Shown: positions 17,820 to 26,552 of the stretch, one piece after another
Layout of the letters: each line of letters opens with the position of its first letter
Numbering within the stretch: position 1 is the first letter of the stretch
Source of the DNA: Candidatus Yonathbacteria bacterium RIFCSPHIGHO2_02_FULL_44_14
Lineage (GTDB): Bacteria > Patescibacteriota > Minisyncoccia > Phycocordibacterales > UBA1550
Reading direction: 5' to 3'
Assembly (NCBI GenBank): GCA_001823535.1
Contig: MHUT01000006.1
Location: 27,631 to 91,630, forward strand
Length of the DNA: 64,000 nt
Made by a program: the position numbers and the translations under genes
The notes under the pieces: generated by a model
The model's input: only the letters and a program-made list of their open reading frames with translations
The model's database searches: none
Told to the model about the DNA's origin: nothing

Positions 17820-18636
17820 AGGTAATGAGCATGTCTTTAATGAGAGCGTCGAGGGCTTCTTTTGTACGAGAATTATTATTGATTTCGCGCTTAACTGCAA
17901 TTAAAGTTTTTGGTTCTTCGCTGAGTATACGAATTATTTTCCCCCGCAATTCTCTGAATGATCCTTTGAATGTGCTTTGGCTCACGTAGTGCTTGCTTTG
18001 CGTGTTCGGATTTTTTCGTATAACTCTTGGCAAGTGTGTGCCATAATCCATGAGTGCATAATACCATTCGCACGGATTTTCGTGGTCAAGCGTTTGTTCA
18101 ACGAGCAATTTGATTTCCTCGTCACTTATTTTTCCAGTTGCCACCCTCTTGTTTCCGAAAAAATGATGAATGAAAACTCGGCGGATATTTGTTTCAATAA
18201 ACACCCGCGATTCGTCGTGCGCAAACGTAAGGATTGCATTTGCAGTGTAATAGCCAACGCCTGGGAGTGCGCAAAGCTCCTCTTCTGTTTTTGGTATGCG
18301 TCCTTTGAAATCAACTACAATTTTTTGTGCCGTATCGCGAAGATATCTTGCGCGACGATTGTACCCCATCCCCTGCCAGACGCGGAGAACCTCAGAAAGC
18401 GGAGCATTTGCCAGTGTTTCAATCGTAGAGAATGCCTCTAGAAATTCAGGGTATTTTCTTAGTACTCGCGCGACCTGCGTTTGCTGGAGCATTACCTCGG
18501 AAATGAGGATTTTGTAGGGGTTTTTGGTCTTTCGCCAAGGCAAATTATGCCTTCCTGAGTGCCTGTAGAAGGCGCAAATTTGAGACTGGAAGGCCTTTAT
18601 CCGTGCGGGGGTTAGTTTGGGTGATTTGCTCAACAT
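17791..18636 (-). CDS. MutY-like adenine DNA glycosylase (HhH-GPD). No obvious Fe-S cysteines or C-terminal Nudix-like domain.
   Basis: LPWRKTKNPYKILISEVMLQQTQV and LPGVGYYTANAIL motifs. Only 281 aa. Confidence 0.7.
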   Translation of the reverse strand: MLSKSPKLTPARIKAFQSQICAFYRHSGRHNLPWRKTKNPYKILISEVMLQQTQVARVLRKYPEFLEAFSTIETLANAPLSEVLRVWQGMGYNRRARYLRDTAQKIVVDFKGRIPKTEEELCALPGVGYYTANAILTFAHDESRVFIETNIRRVFIHHFFGNKRVATGKISDEEIKLLVEQTLDHENPCEWYYALMDYGTHLPRVIRKNPNTQSKHYVSQSTFKGSFRELRGKIIRILSEEPKTLIAVKREINNNSRTKEALDALIKDMLITYEKRKYKLA

Positions 18637-18668
18637 TTCCCTATTTTAGCACATCAGTGTAGACGGCT

Positions 18669-19256
18669 TTACGTGTGGACAATGGGATACTCTGCGAATT
18701 CGGGAAGTAAGTTTTTATCGTAGAGAAGTCGAGAAAATGCTTCAGCCTCATACTTAGCGCCATTAAGTCCGTGGTGGGGTTTTGGTTCCTCCGGAAGTCC
18801 GAGATATTTTAGGATAGTGTCGAGAGAAAGATCTGCGCGATCATTCTTGTGTTGTACTGGTACTTCCCGTTTGATCATATCCATATACGCCATCGAGTTG
18901 AGATCGAGAGTGCGATATGCAAAATGCCAACCGATGTGCGCGCGAGCGAACGAATCATTGAGGAAGTCTCGGTCAAACGATGGATTTTGCCCCGCAAGCG
19001 TTTTATCTCCACATTGCTCTATCCAGTGTAAAAAATTCTGCATTAGTTCGTCAAGTGAATGTTTTTTGGGGTCCATGCACTCTTGTTTTGTGAATCCGTT
19101 CACTACGAGTGCATCGCTCATAATATTTGCGCCATCCCACATGCGACATTCACCATAGAACTGTCGTTCCGGATGTTCGAAATCCACGGCACCGATGCTT
19201 AAAATCGAATGCTTGTGTGGATCGAGCCCCGTTGCTTCAATGTCTGCGACTATCAT
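18669..19256 (-). CDS. DEDDh 3'-5' exonuclease (DnaQ/RNase T-like)
   Basis: Exo I ADIEATGLD, Exo II QNPSFDRDFL, Exo III HHGLNGAKYEAEA with His. Confidence 0.7.
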   Translation of the reverse strand: MIVADIEATGLDPHKHSILSIGAVDFEHPERQFYGECRMWDGANIMSDALVVNGFTKQECMDPKKHSLDELMQNFLHWIEQCGDKTLAGQNPSFDRDFLNDSFARAHIGWHFAYRTLDLNSMAYMDMIKREVPVQHKNDRADLSLDTILKYLGLPEEPKPHHGLNGAKYEAEAFSRLLYDKNLLPEFAEYPIVHT

Positions 19257-19271
19257 AATCCACTTATTGTA

Positions 19272-20300
19272 TCACAAAGAAGAAAATTGCTTGTTTACCT
19301 GTCTTGTCAGAAAAATACTCTCGGTAAATCCCGCAGTCTCCCCCGAGAACCAGTCGTTTGCAATATAAAATTCAAGATCCTCTTTTGTGTGTGCGTCGGA
19401 TCCGCCAAGAGCAAGCCCCCCGTGTCTTTGTAGAATCTCTCGGAGGTCGGCACGCTCCTTTGCGAGTGCTTTTTCGCGGTCAGTGCCATACTCTCGGATC
19501 CCGTACACAACTTCTGCGCCATCAATTCTTTTTTCAGCCAGAAGTTTTTCAAATATTTCGAGTGGCATTTTTGAGCGAACCGTGAAGTAATGTGCGATGA
19601 CCGCAACACCTCCCGCACCGCGAATCAAGGCAACAGCTTGATCAAGGTCCGGCATGTATTCGTGCTCTGCGTAGCCTTCGCGAAAAGCATCAGGTGAAAG
19701 GAAAAGCACGTATGGGTAATTTCGCTCTCCTTTTTGCATCATATGTGCGTACCGTTCTTGAATAGCAGGGTTGCGAGAAGCCTCGTCTGCCATTTCGAGG
19801 CGAATTTTTTCCACAATAAGATTATTCTCTGGATATTTTTGGAGTGCTTGAACAATATGCGGGCGACCGACAGATTCCCCTCCCGACATCTGAAGGCAGT
19901 CCTCGGCAGTGATTTTGAATCCAAGTTTTTGAAGTTTAGACACCATTTCATTCATTCGCTTTATGCGCGCTTGCTGTGCAAGGTGACAGTGTTTAATGAG
20001 CGCTTCATTTGTTGGATCAAGAAAAAGGCCAATGATATGCATTACGCATGTTTCTGGCACGAGTTCTTTTGGAAGTCCAGCGGTAACCTCGGTCCCAATG
20101 ACCCATTTTGTTTTGCGACCGCGAAATGTTTCGAGCTCTGCTACTGTAGTTGGTGATGGTACCGCATCATGGTCGGTGTACGCGAGTACAGAAATGCCGA
20201 GGGACTCTGCGAGTTCGAAAAGTTCGCGATGTGAGAGTTTGCCATCAGAAAGCGTGGTATGAGTGTGGAGGGATTCGATGGCAGTCATAAGTAGCCCCAT
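19272..20300 (-). CDS. PHP-domain phosphoesterase
   Basis: N-terminal LHTHTTLSDG and a later DHD; C-terminal GGSDAH. Typical PHP metal ligands. Confidence 0.7.
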   Translation of the reverse strand: MGLLMTAIESLHTHTTLSDGKLSHRELFELAESLGISVLAYTDHDAVPSPTTVAELETFRGRKTKWVIGTEVTAGLPKELVPETCVMHIIGLFLDPTNEALIKHCHLAQQARIKRMNEMVSKLQKLGFKITAEDCLQMSGGESVGRPHIVQALQKYPENNLIVEKIRLEMADEASRNPAIQERYAHMMQKGERNYPYVLFLSPDAFREGYAEHEYMPDLDQAVALIRGAGGVAVIAHYFTVRSKMPLEIFEKLLAEKRIDGAEVVYGIREYGTDREKALAKERADLREILQRHGGLALGGSDAHTKEDLEFYIANDWFSGETAGFTESIFLTRQVNKQFSSL

Positions 20301-20497
20301 TGTAGCATAGTGTATTTAATGATAAAAATTAGCACAGTTGACATAAAGTCAGACTTTGTGCACTATAATTCTTGCCGACACTGATTGGTATCGGTCTGTC
20401 TGGATGCTTTTTTAAGAACCTCTATTTGCTTATAATCCGAATGTTTCGGCCTAAGTGACTAGAAAATGGTAACAAGAATTTTTGAAAGGGGATAAAA

Positions 20498-20869
20498 ATG
20501 AAAGGGTTCATGCGCAGTCTTGTTAATCGCTTGATCACAAAAAATCGTTACGACAAGTTGCTTGAAATTCAGTTTCCAAATAATCGTGATGAGTTTTTGC
20601 GGTATGTCAAAGAAGATCTTGCGAGCGATGATGTCAATACTATGACACCAGAAACTCTCGGGAAAATTATGTGCCAGATTGATAATGGAGATGTTTCCGT
20701 GACAAAAGAAGAATTGTCTAATTTTGTTCAATTCTTGGGTAACTGTGATGAATTACTTCGTGAGATGGTATCACTTTGTCTTGCGTGTGTGATTTATAAG
20801 CACCTGAACGGCAGTTTAACGAGTACCCAGAACACCCAAGAAAGTTCTTTGCGGATCGTAAAAAAATAA
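20498..20869 (+). CDS. Hypothetical protein (123 aa)
   Basis: Intact ORF with an AAAGGGGATAAAA RBS and a downstream intrinsic terminator. Confidence 0.5.
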   Translation: MKGFMRSLVNRLITKNRYDKLLEIQFPNNRDEFLRYVKEDLASDDVNTMTPETLGKIMCQIDNGDVSVTKEELSNFVQFLGNCDELLREMVSLCLACVIYKHLNGSLTSTQNTQESSLRIVKK

Positions 20870-20884
20870 AAGCATGACAATTCA

Positions 20885-20922
20885 CCCCTTGGCCCAACTG
20901 CGAGCCAAGGGTTTTTTGTTTT
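20885..20922 (+). terminator. Rho-independent terminator
   Basis: cccttggc-ccaactgcga-gccaaggg followed by ttttttgtttt. Confidence 0.8.
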
Positions 20923-20924
20923 AA

Positions 20925-21085
20925 GAGCCTATCCACTATCTCGTGGTACCCAGACTAGAAACCCATATTTTTAGGTGAAAAACAAGTCGGAGGCACGAAA
21001 CATAATGAATTATGTTTCGTGCGAGACGAAGTTTTGTAGCCCAAAATAATGGTTTCTAGGCAGGGGGAAGATAGTAGATAGGCTC
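20925..21085. mobile_element. MITE-like structured element with terminal inverted repeats
   Basis: 17-bp TIR gagcctatc(c/t)actatct at both ends; sub-terminal tagaaacc/ggtttcta pair; 13-bp central hairpin at 20994-21021. Lies between two convergent genes and abuts the stop codon of the 21086-21520 gene. Confidence 0.45.
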
Positions 21086-21520
21086 CTAGAGTCCCTTGCA
21101 AGACGCAGACGGAGTGTAGCCTCGGGTTTCAGCTTCAATTTTTGATGCGAAATGAATGAGGTTTGTTTCTGCGATTTTTTGCACACCAGTGCACCACGGG
21201 TAGTAGTATTTTGTGCCATTTTTTGAGCCTACGAGCTGAGTTGATTGAGTGTTTATTATGCTTGCTGCCTGAGGGTTTTCAAATCCTCTTGCGGTGGCGG
21301 GGCTAAAAGTGTCGACAACAACCTCTGGGGTATTTTCGATGCGAATCGGGGTTTTCGAACCTTCAATTTTGGAAAGCCTACCGAGACCAAAAGACCCAAA
21401 AGCAACGAGAATGATAATGAGTACTAAATAAAGATCGTCCGGGATAGTGCTGAGGTTTGGTCGTCTAAAACCCCCAAACCCCTTGATTTTTTCTACTAAA
21501 TCTTTTATACTATGCATCAC
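21086..21520 (-). CDS. Membrane-anchored protein with a C-terminal Ada-Zn-binding-like fold lacking two of the four Cys
   Basis: N-terminal TM helix; C-terminal KYYYPWC...HFASKIEAETRGYTPSASC pattern. Domain assignment is tentative. Confidence 0.5.
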   Translation of the reverse strand: MMHSIKDLVEKIKGFGGFRRPNLSTIPDDLYLVLIIILVAFGSFGLGRLSKIEGSKTPIRIENTPEVVVDTFSPATARGFENPQAASIINTQSTQLVGSKNGTKYYYPWCTGVQKIAETNLIHFASKIEAETRGYTPSASCKGL

Positions 21521-21555
21521 ATTAATTATTAAGCATTATATAGCATTTTAACACC

Positions 21556-21828
21556 ATGGCAACACGAAAAGCCGGCGGATCCGCCAAAAACCTAACTGAT
21601 TCAGGACCAAAGTACCTTGGTACCAAGCTTTATTCTGGCGAGGTTGCCAAGGCTGGATCTATTATCGTGCGTCAGCGCGGTACAAAGATCCTCGCAGGTG
21701 CGAATGTTGCCATCGGCAAGGACCACACACTCTACGCCCTCAAGGAAGGCATTGTAGAATTCTCTGAAAAGCGCAAAGGAAACTTCGACGGCACAACAAC
21801 TCGCCGCAAGGTAGCAAGCGTTAAGTAA
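21556..21828 (+). CDS. rpmA: 50S ribosomal protein L27
   Basis: GGSAKN...[18 protein letters not shown]...DHTLYAL motifs. Confidence 0.9.
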   Translation: MATRKAGGSAKNLTDSGPKYLGTKLYSGEVAKAGSIIVRQRGTKILAGANVAIGKDHTLYALKEGIVEFSEKRKGNFDGTTTRRKVASVK

Positions 21829-21842
21829 AACTCTCAAATAAG

Positions 21843-21872
21843 AAAACCGCACAGTGATGTGCGGTTTTCTTA
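21843..21872. terminator. Bidirectional intrinsic terminator between rpmA and the NADAR gene
   Basis: aaccgcaca-gtga-tgtgcggtt with T/A runs on both sides. Confidence 0.65.
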
Positions 21873-21878
21873 TCTAAA

Positions 21879-22355
21879 TCACTGGACTAATCTTGATCTC
21901 AGTTTCATATAAAGTTTACCGAGTTCATTATTTCCTGTTCCGTCAGGTCCGATTCCCCAAAAACTATCTATCGGTGAATTTTCTACAATCGTTCGCCCTC
22001 CTGTTTCAAGAAGAACCCTTCTTATTTTTTCATGCTGTTCAATTTTTGCTATAAGAATTTCTTCCATTATCGCCACCTTATTATCGTGCCATTCTTTAGT
22101 AACTTTGTCTTTATTTTCATTCGCTATTTTTATTGCCATGTTCGGGCTTGTTGCTTCGAAAATTTGTCCAGCAATATTTGGATAAGAATCAATATACTTT
22201 TTCCACTGATAAGCGTGCTCTGCGGTTTGAAATTCTCTTCCCCAAAGTTGCACAACAAAAGCTGAAAAATTATCTAAGGGGTAAAACGGAGGCGTGTAGA
22301 AATATACAGCATCATCTGTCTCCTTGTTAAAGTCATTAGAGGGATACTTGTTCAT
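21879..22355 (-). CDS. NADAR (YbiA-like, DUF1768) domain protein
   Basis: FYPLDNFS, AEHAYQWKK, SPIDSFWGIGPDGTGNNELGKLYMKLR motifs. Confidence 0.75.
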   Translation of the reverse strand: MNKYPSNDFNKETDDAVYFYTPPFYPLDNFSAFVVQLWGREFQTAEHAYQWKKYIDSYPNIAGQIFEATSPNMAIKIANENKDKVTKEWHDNKVAIMEEILIAKIEQHEKIRRVLLETGGRTIVENSPIDSFWGIGPDGTGNNELGKLYMKLRSRLVQ

Positions 22356-22367
22356 TTTGAGTTCGAA

Positions 22368-22811
22368 CTAGATTAACGCCTCTACCACCACTGTAAATGC
22401 CACGCGGTTTTTTTCAATCACCACGGGGATTTCGTAGGTACCGAGTTCTTTGAGCGGGCGGTCTAGGATGACGTAATCGGGATGCATATCGAGATGCGCG
22501 GAGCGCTTGAGCTCAGCCAAAACTTCGTCTTTGTGAATGCTTGCAAAAAGGTGTCCTTTTTCGTTTGCTTTACCACGGAGAGTAATCGTTGCGCCTGAAA
22601 TAGCTTCAAGATTTTTCATTAAAAGTTCAGTGTGAACTTTTTTCATTGTTGCATCAGTTGCCATCTTTCCTTGAATGCGCGCGAGAACCTCTTTTGTTGC
22701 AGGCTCGGCGAGCTTTTGCGCAACAAGGTGTCTGCCATACCCGTCGGCAACTTCTTTCACTTCATATTTTTTGCCAGTTCGCGGTACGTCTCTTAAGAAT
22801 ATGATCTTCAT
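22368..22811 (-). CDS. rplI: 50S ribosomal protein L9
   Basis: MKIIFLRDVPRTGKKYEVKEVADGYGRHLVAQKLAEPATKE N-domain; 147 aa. Confidence 0.85.
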   Translation of the reverse strand: MKIIFLRDVPRTGKKYEVKEVADGYGRHLVAQKLAEPATKEVLARIQGKMATDATMKKVHTELLMKNLEAISGATITLRGKANEKGHLFASIHKDEVLAELKRSAHLDMHPDYVILDRPLKELGTYEIPVVIEKNRVAFTVVVEALI

Positions 22812-22812
22812 G

Positions 22813-24039
22813 TTATCTTTTGTAGTTCGGGTCTAATAAAATCGCTACAGCTTTTTCCATCTGCGGGTCAAGTTTCTTTTCAATATCTTTTTTGGTGACA
22901 GTGACTTTGTAGTCTGGTTCTAGGCCATTCTCAGAAATTGACTTTCCTTTTGGTGTAAGCCAGCGGGCGATGGTGACCTTGAGCGAAGTTTCTGGTGTGA
23001 TTTCAATGAGCTCCTGCACCGACCCTTTGCCGAAACTTTTTTCTCCGACGAGCTTCGCGATATTGTGCTCGCGGAGTGCGCCCGCAAGAATCTCCGAAGC
23101 TGAAGCTGAGCCTTCGTTGATGAGAATTACCATTTTTAGATTTTCGTTAAACACATCATACCCTCTGCTCCGCTCTGATTTTTGTTTTACTTTTACACCG
23201 CTATCTTCGATAACAATCGTCTTACCTAAGGGCAAAAAGAAGCTAGCCATATCAACCGAGGCTTCAAGGTATCCGCCTGGGTTATTGCGCAGATCCAGAA
23301 CAAGTTTGTCAGAACCCGACTCAATAAATTCTCGAAGCGCACCACGGAACAAGGATGCCGAGTTTGAAGAAAAATTGTAAAGTGAAATCACAAAAACGCC
23401 ATCATCGCGAAGTTTTGTGTCGATGGTTGGAATATTAATGACATCACGTTCGACTTTAATATCCTCCACTCCCCCGTTTCGTTTTATGACCAGGGTAACA
23501 GTCGTCCCGCGCGGTCCGCGGATGTTCTTGATTGCTTCTTCGACGGTCATGCCGTTCGTGAAGACTTTATCTATCTTCAAGATTTGATCGCCGGGTTTTA
23601 TTCCCGCTCGTTCCGCCGGTGTGTCTTTGAGCGGCGCGACAACGGTAAGAATTTTGTCTTTGATGGCAATCTCCATTCCAACTCCTTCAAAATTCCCGCG
23701 AACCTCTTCTTCAAATGCTGTTGCCTCTTTTGGTGGGAAAAAGGTTGTATACGGGTCTCCGTACGAAGCGGTCAAGCCTTCTATCGCACCCCATACCTTG
23801 TCTTTGTCGCTTGGGACAGATGACGAGGCAGTTGTCGCGATGAATTTACTGTTGAGTATCTCAAGCGTTTTCCAAAATGGCTGGAGGTCCAACGCTTCAA
23901 TAGATGCAAGATTGGAATCCTGTGGTGTATTTACATAGCCGACCCTTTTTTGTCCAACTTGTATTCCCGCACCAAATGCTCCAATAACGCCAATAATTGA
24001 AAGTATGACAAGGGTTGATTTGCGAATAGATGACTTCAT
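22813..24039 (-). CDS. ctpA: Carboxy-terminal processing protease (S41) with PDZ domain
   Basis: PDZ GIKPGDQILKID and S41 LINEGSASASEILAGAL; N-terminal TM. Confidence 0.85.
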   Translation of the reverse strand: MKSSIRKSTLVILSIIGVIGAFGAGIQVGQKRVGYVNTPQDSNLASIEALDLQPFWKTLEILNSKFIATTASSSVPSDKDKVWGAIEGLTASYGDPYTTFFPPKEATAFEEEVRGNFEGVGMEIAIKDKILTVVAPLKDTPAERAGIKPGDQILKIDKVFTNGMTVEEAIKNIRGPRGTTVTLVIKRNGGVEDIKVERDVINIPTIDTKLRDDGVFVISLYNFSSNSASLFRGALREFIESGSDKLVLDLRNNPGGYLEASVDMASFFLPLGKTIVIEDSGVKVKQKSERSRGYDVFNENLKMVILINEGSASASEILAGALREHNIAKLVGEKSFGKGSVQELIEITPETSLKVTIARWLTPKGKSISENGLEPDYKVTVTKKDIEKKLDPQMEKAVAILLDPNYKR

Positions 24040-24159
24040 GAAGTGTAGTATCGCAAAAGTTTACTGTCTGGTCAAACTTCTTTGCCGTTTTTCACAAATC
24101 TACGCTACCGTGTGGGTTTGCGAAAAACATGGAAGTTAAAGGGTAAGTCATATTGAATA

Positions 24160-25107
24160 TTGAATATTGAAATGCTACACTATCCATATATGATTTCTCG
24201 ATATACCTACAAGGACATTGTTTGGGTCGATGTGCAGTCACCAACGCAAGATGAAGTTCGCGGACTCATGGACGAGTTCGGTATCCACCCTCTCGTTGCT
24301 CAGGAGCTTTTAGGGCCAACGCTTCGCCCCAAAGTGGATCTTTATCACGATTTTATTTACCTTATACTCCATTTTCCAACCATTACCCACAAGCATGATG
24401 GTGGAGAGGACCAAGAAATCGATTTTATTATTGGAAAGAAGTTTATCATTACGGCACATTACGATCACATTGATCAATTGCACGAATTTTCTAAAGTATT
24501 TGAAGTGAGCTCAATCCTCGATAAATCAAATATGGGTGACCATGCGGGATTCATCCTTTTCTATATCTTGAAAGATCTGTACAAAATGCTTGACGGCGAG
24601 CTTGAGCATATCAATCACGACTTCAACGAGATCCAGTCAAATATTTTTAACGGTAAGGAGCGCGACATGGTGAATTCCATTTCGCATATTAATCGTGACC
24701 TTTTGAATTTTAAACAAATATTGCGTCCCCACAAGGAAGTCCTTGAGTCATTCGAGATTGCGGGCACCAAATTCTTTGGCGAGGAATTTTCATACTACTT
24801 GCGAACTATTGTTGGAGAGTTCTACAAGATCTCCTCGATTCTCGACGGGCACCGCGAGACGGTGCTTGACCTTCGTGATACAAATGATTCTCTGCTAACG
24901 ACAAAAACAAACGATATCATGAAAACGCTCACCATCACCGCGTTTATTCTCCTTCCCCTCACCTTTATTGGCCAACTCTTTGGTATGAGTGTTGCGCACA
25001 TACCATTTGCAAGTAATCCCAATGCGTTTTGGATCATTTTGGTTACCATGGTCGTCGTGGGTTTCTGTCTCTTTGGTTACTTCAAGTTTTTCAAGAAATG
25101 GATGTAA
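24160..25107 (+). CDS. corA: CorA-family divalent cation transporter (GMS variant of the GMN motif)
   Basis: Cytoplasmic N-domain plus two C-terminal TM helices with FGMSVAHIPF. Confidence 0.75.
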   Translation: MNIEMLHYPYMISRYTYKDIVWVDVQSPTQDEVRGLMDEFGIHPLVAQELLGPTLRPKVDLYHDFIYLILHFPTITHKHDGGEDQEIDFIIGKKFIITAHYDHIDQLHEFSKVFEVSSILDKSNMGDHAGFILFYILKDLYKMLDGELEHINHDFNEIQSNIFNGKERDMVNSISHINRDLLNFKQILRPHKEVLESFEIAGTKFFGEEFSYYLRTIVGEFYKISSILDGHRETVLDLRDTNDSLLTTKTNDIMKTLTITAFILLPLTFIGQLFGMSVAHIPFASNPNAFWIILVTMVVVGFCLFGYFKFFKKWM

Positions 25108-26468
25108 CCCTCTTCAATACCCTGACGCGCTCGCTCGAGAAATTTGTGCCACTTCATGAACGCGAAGTGCGAATGTATCACTGCGGGCCCACTGTATACG
25201 ATTTTGCGCATATTGGAAACCTCCGCACTTTTATTGTGAACGATATTTTGCGGCGTACGCTTGAGTATGCTGGCTATGAAGTAAATCAGGTGATGAACAT
25301 CACTGATGTCGACGATAAAATGATTGCCCGCGCAAGGGAGGAAGGCGTGTCGATTCAGACACTTGCACGCGAGTACACCAATTTTTTACTTGCGGACTTT
25401 AAGGCGCTAAATATTATTACTCCACACCATCTACCGCGAGCGACGGAGCATGTTGGCGGTATGACAGTAATGATTGAAAAACTATTGCGTGATGGGTTCG
25501 CGTATGTTGCTTCTGACGGTGTATATTTTGAAGTCGCTAAAGCAAAAAATTACGAAACGCTTGCTCATCTTAATCTTGATGCCGAGACCGAGGCACGCGT
25601 AGAGAGCGCGCGCGACAAAAAATCACCGCGCGATTTCGCGCTTTGGAAATTTGAAACGTCTGATGATCATAACACTGCATATGACGCATCGTTTGGGCGC
25701 GGTCGCCCTGGCTGGCATATTGAATGTTCCGAAATGGCACGCGATGCACTTGGAGAAACAATAGATATTCACACGGGCGGCGTGGATCTTATTTTTCCAC
25801 ACCATACAAACGAGATTGCACAGTCGGAAGCTGCAAACGGGAAACCGTTCGTTAAGGTATGGGTTCATACGGAGTTTGTGATGATTGACGGGCAGAAAAT
25901 GTCAAAGTCGCTCGGGAACCACACAACTTTAAAAACTGTAGTAGAGAAAGGGTTTTCTCCGTTCGCCTTCCGATATTTTGTTCTCGGCGCAAACTATCGC
26001 TCTAAGCTTAATTTCACATGGGAAGGGGTCGAAGGTGCACAAACAGCACTTACTCGACTTGAGAGTCATATCGGAGCCGATGTGGGTACTATTAACGCAG
26101 ACTACCAAAAGCGTTTTATGGAAACAATCACCGCAGACCTCGACACCCCTCGCGCTCTTGCGCTTGCATGGGAAGTTGCAAAAGACAATTCCCTCTCTAT
26201 TGCCGACAAAACCGCAACACTTCTCGACTTTGACCGCGTGTTTGGGCTAGGACTCGCATCCGAATCAGCAGATTCGCGTCTTGGACGGAGAATAAAAAGC
26301 GTCATCCCGGCAAATATTGAGGCGCTCGCCCGCATGCGAGAGGCTGTACGTCTCGCCAAAAATTGGGCAGAGTCCGATAAAATCCGCGTCGAAATCAATT
26401 CTCTCGGTTGGAACATCGAGGACACCGATAAAGGCCCTAAAATCTCAAAATTAGACCGCAAGCAATAG
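25098..26468 (+). CDS. cysS: Cysteine--tRNA ligase. Start reassigned to ATG 25098; the track start is a TTG inside corA.
   Basis: HCGPTVYDFAHIGNLRTF (HIGH) and KMSKSLGN. Confidence 0.9.
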   Translation: MDVTLFNTLTRSLEKFVPLHEREVRMYHCGPTVYDFAHIGNLRTFIVNDILRRTLEYAGYEVNQVMNITDVDDKMIARAREEGVSIQTLAREYTNFLLADFKALNIITPHHLPRATEHVGGMTVMIEKLLRDGFAYVASDGVYFEVAKAKNYETLAHLNLDAETEARVESARDKKSPRDFALWKFETSDDHNTAYDASFGRGRPGWHIECSEMARDALGETIDIHTGGVDLIFPHHTNEIAQSEAANGKPFVKVWVHTEFVMIDGQKMSKSLGNHTTLKTVVEKGFSPFAFRYFVLGANYRSKLNFTWEGVEGAQTALTRLESHIGADVGTINADYQKRFMETITADLDTPRALALAWEVAKDNSLSIADKTATLLDFDRVFGLGLASESADSRLGRRIKSVIPANIEALARMREAVRLAKNWAESDKIRVEINSLGWNIEDTDKGPKISKLDRKQ

Positions 26469-26552
26469 CTTTTGTGTCATAATTTTCTATCCACCGCTTA
26501 TCCCCGTCCTTTTCCACCGCTTTATTTTTTGGGATGATGAACCTGTGCTAGA

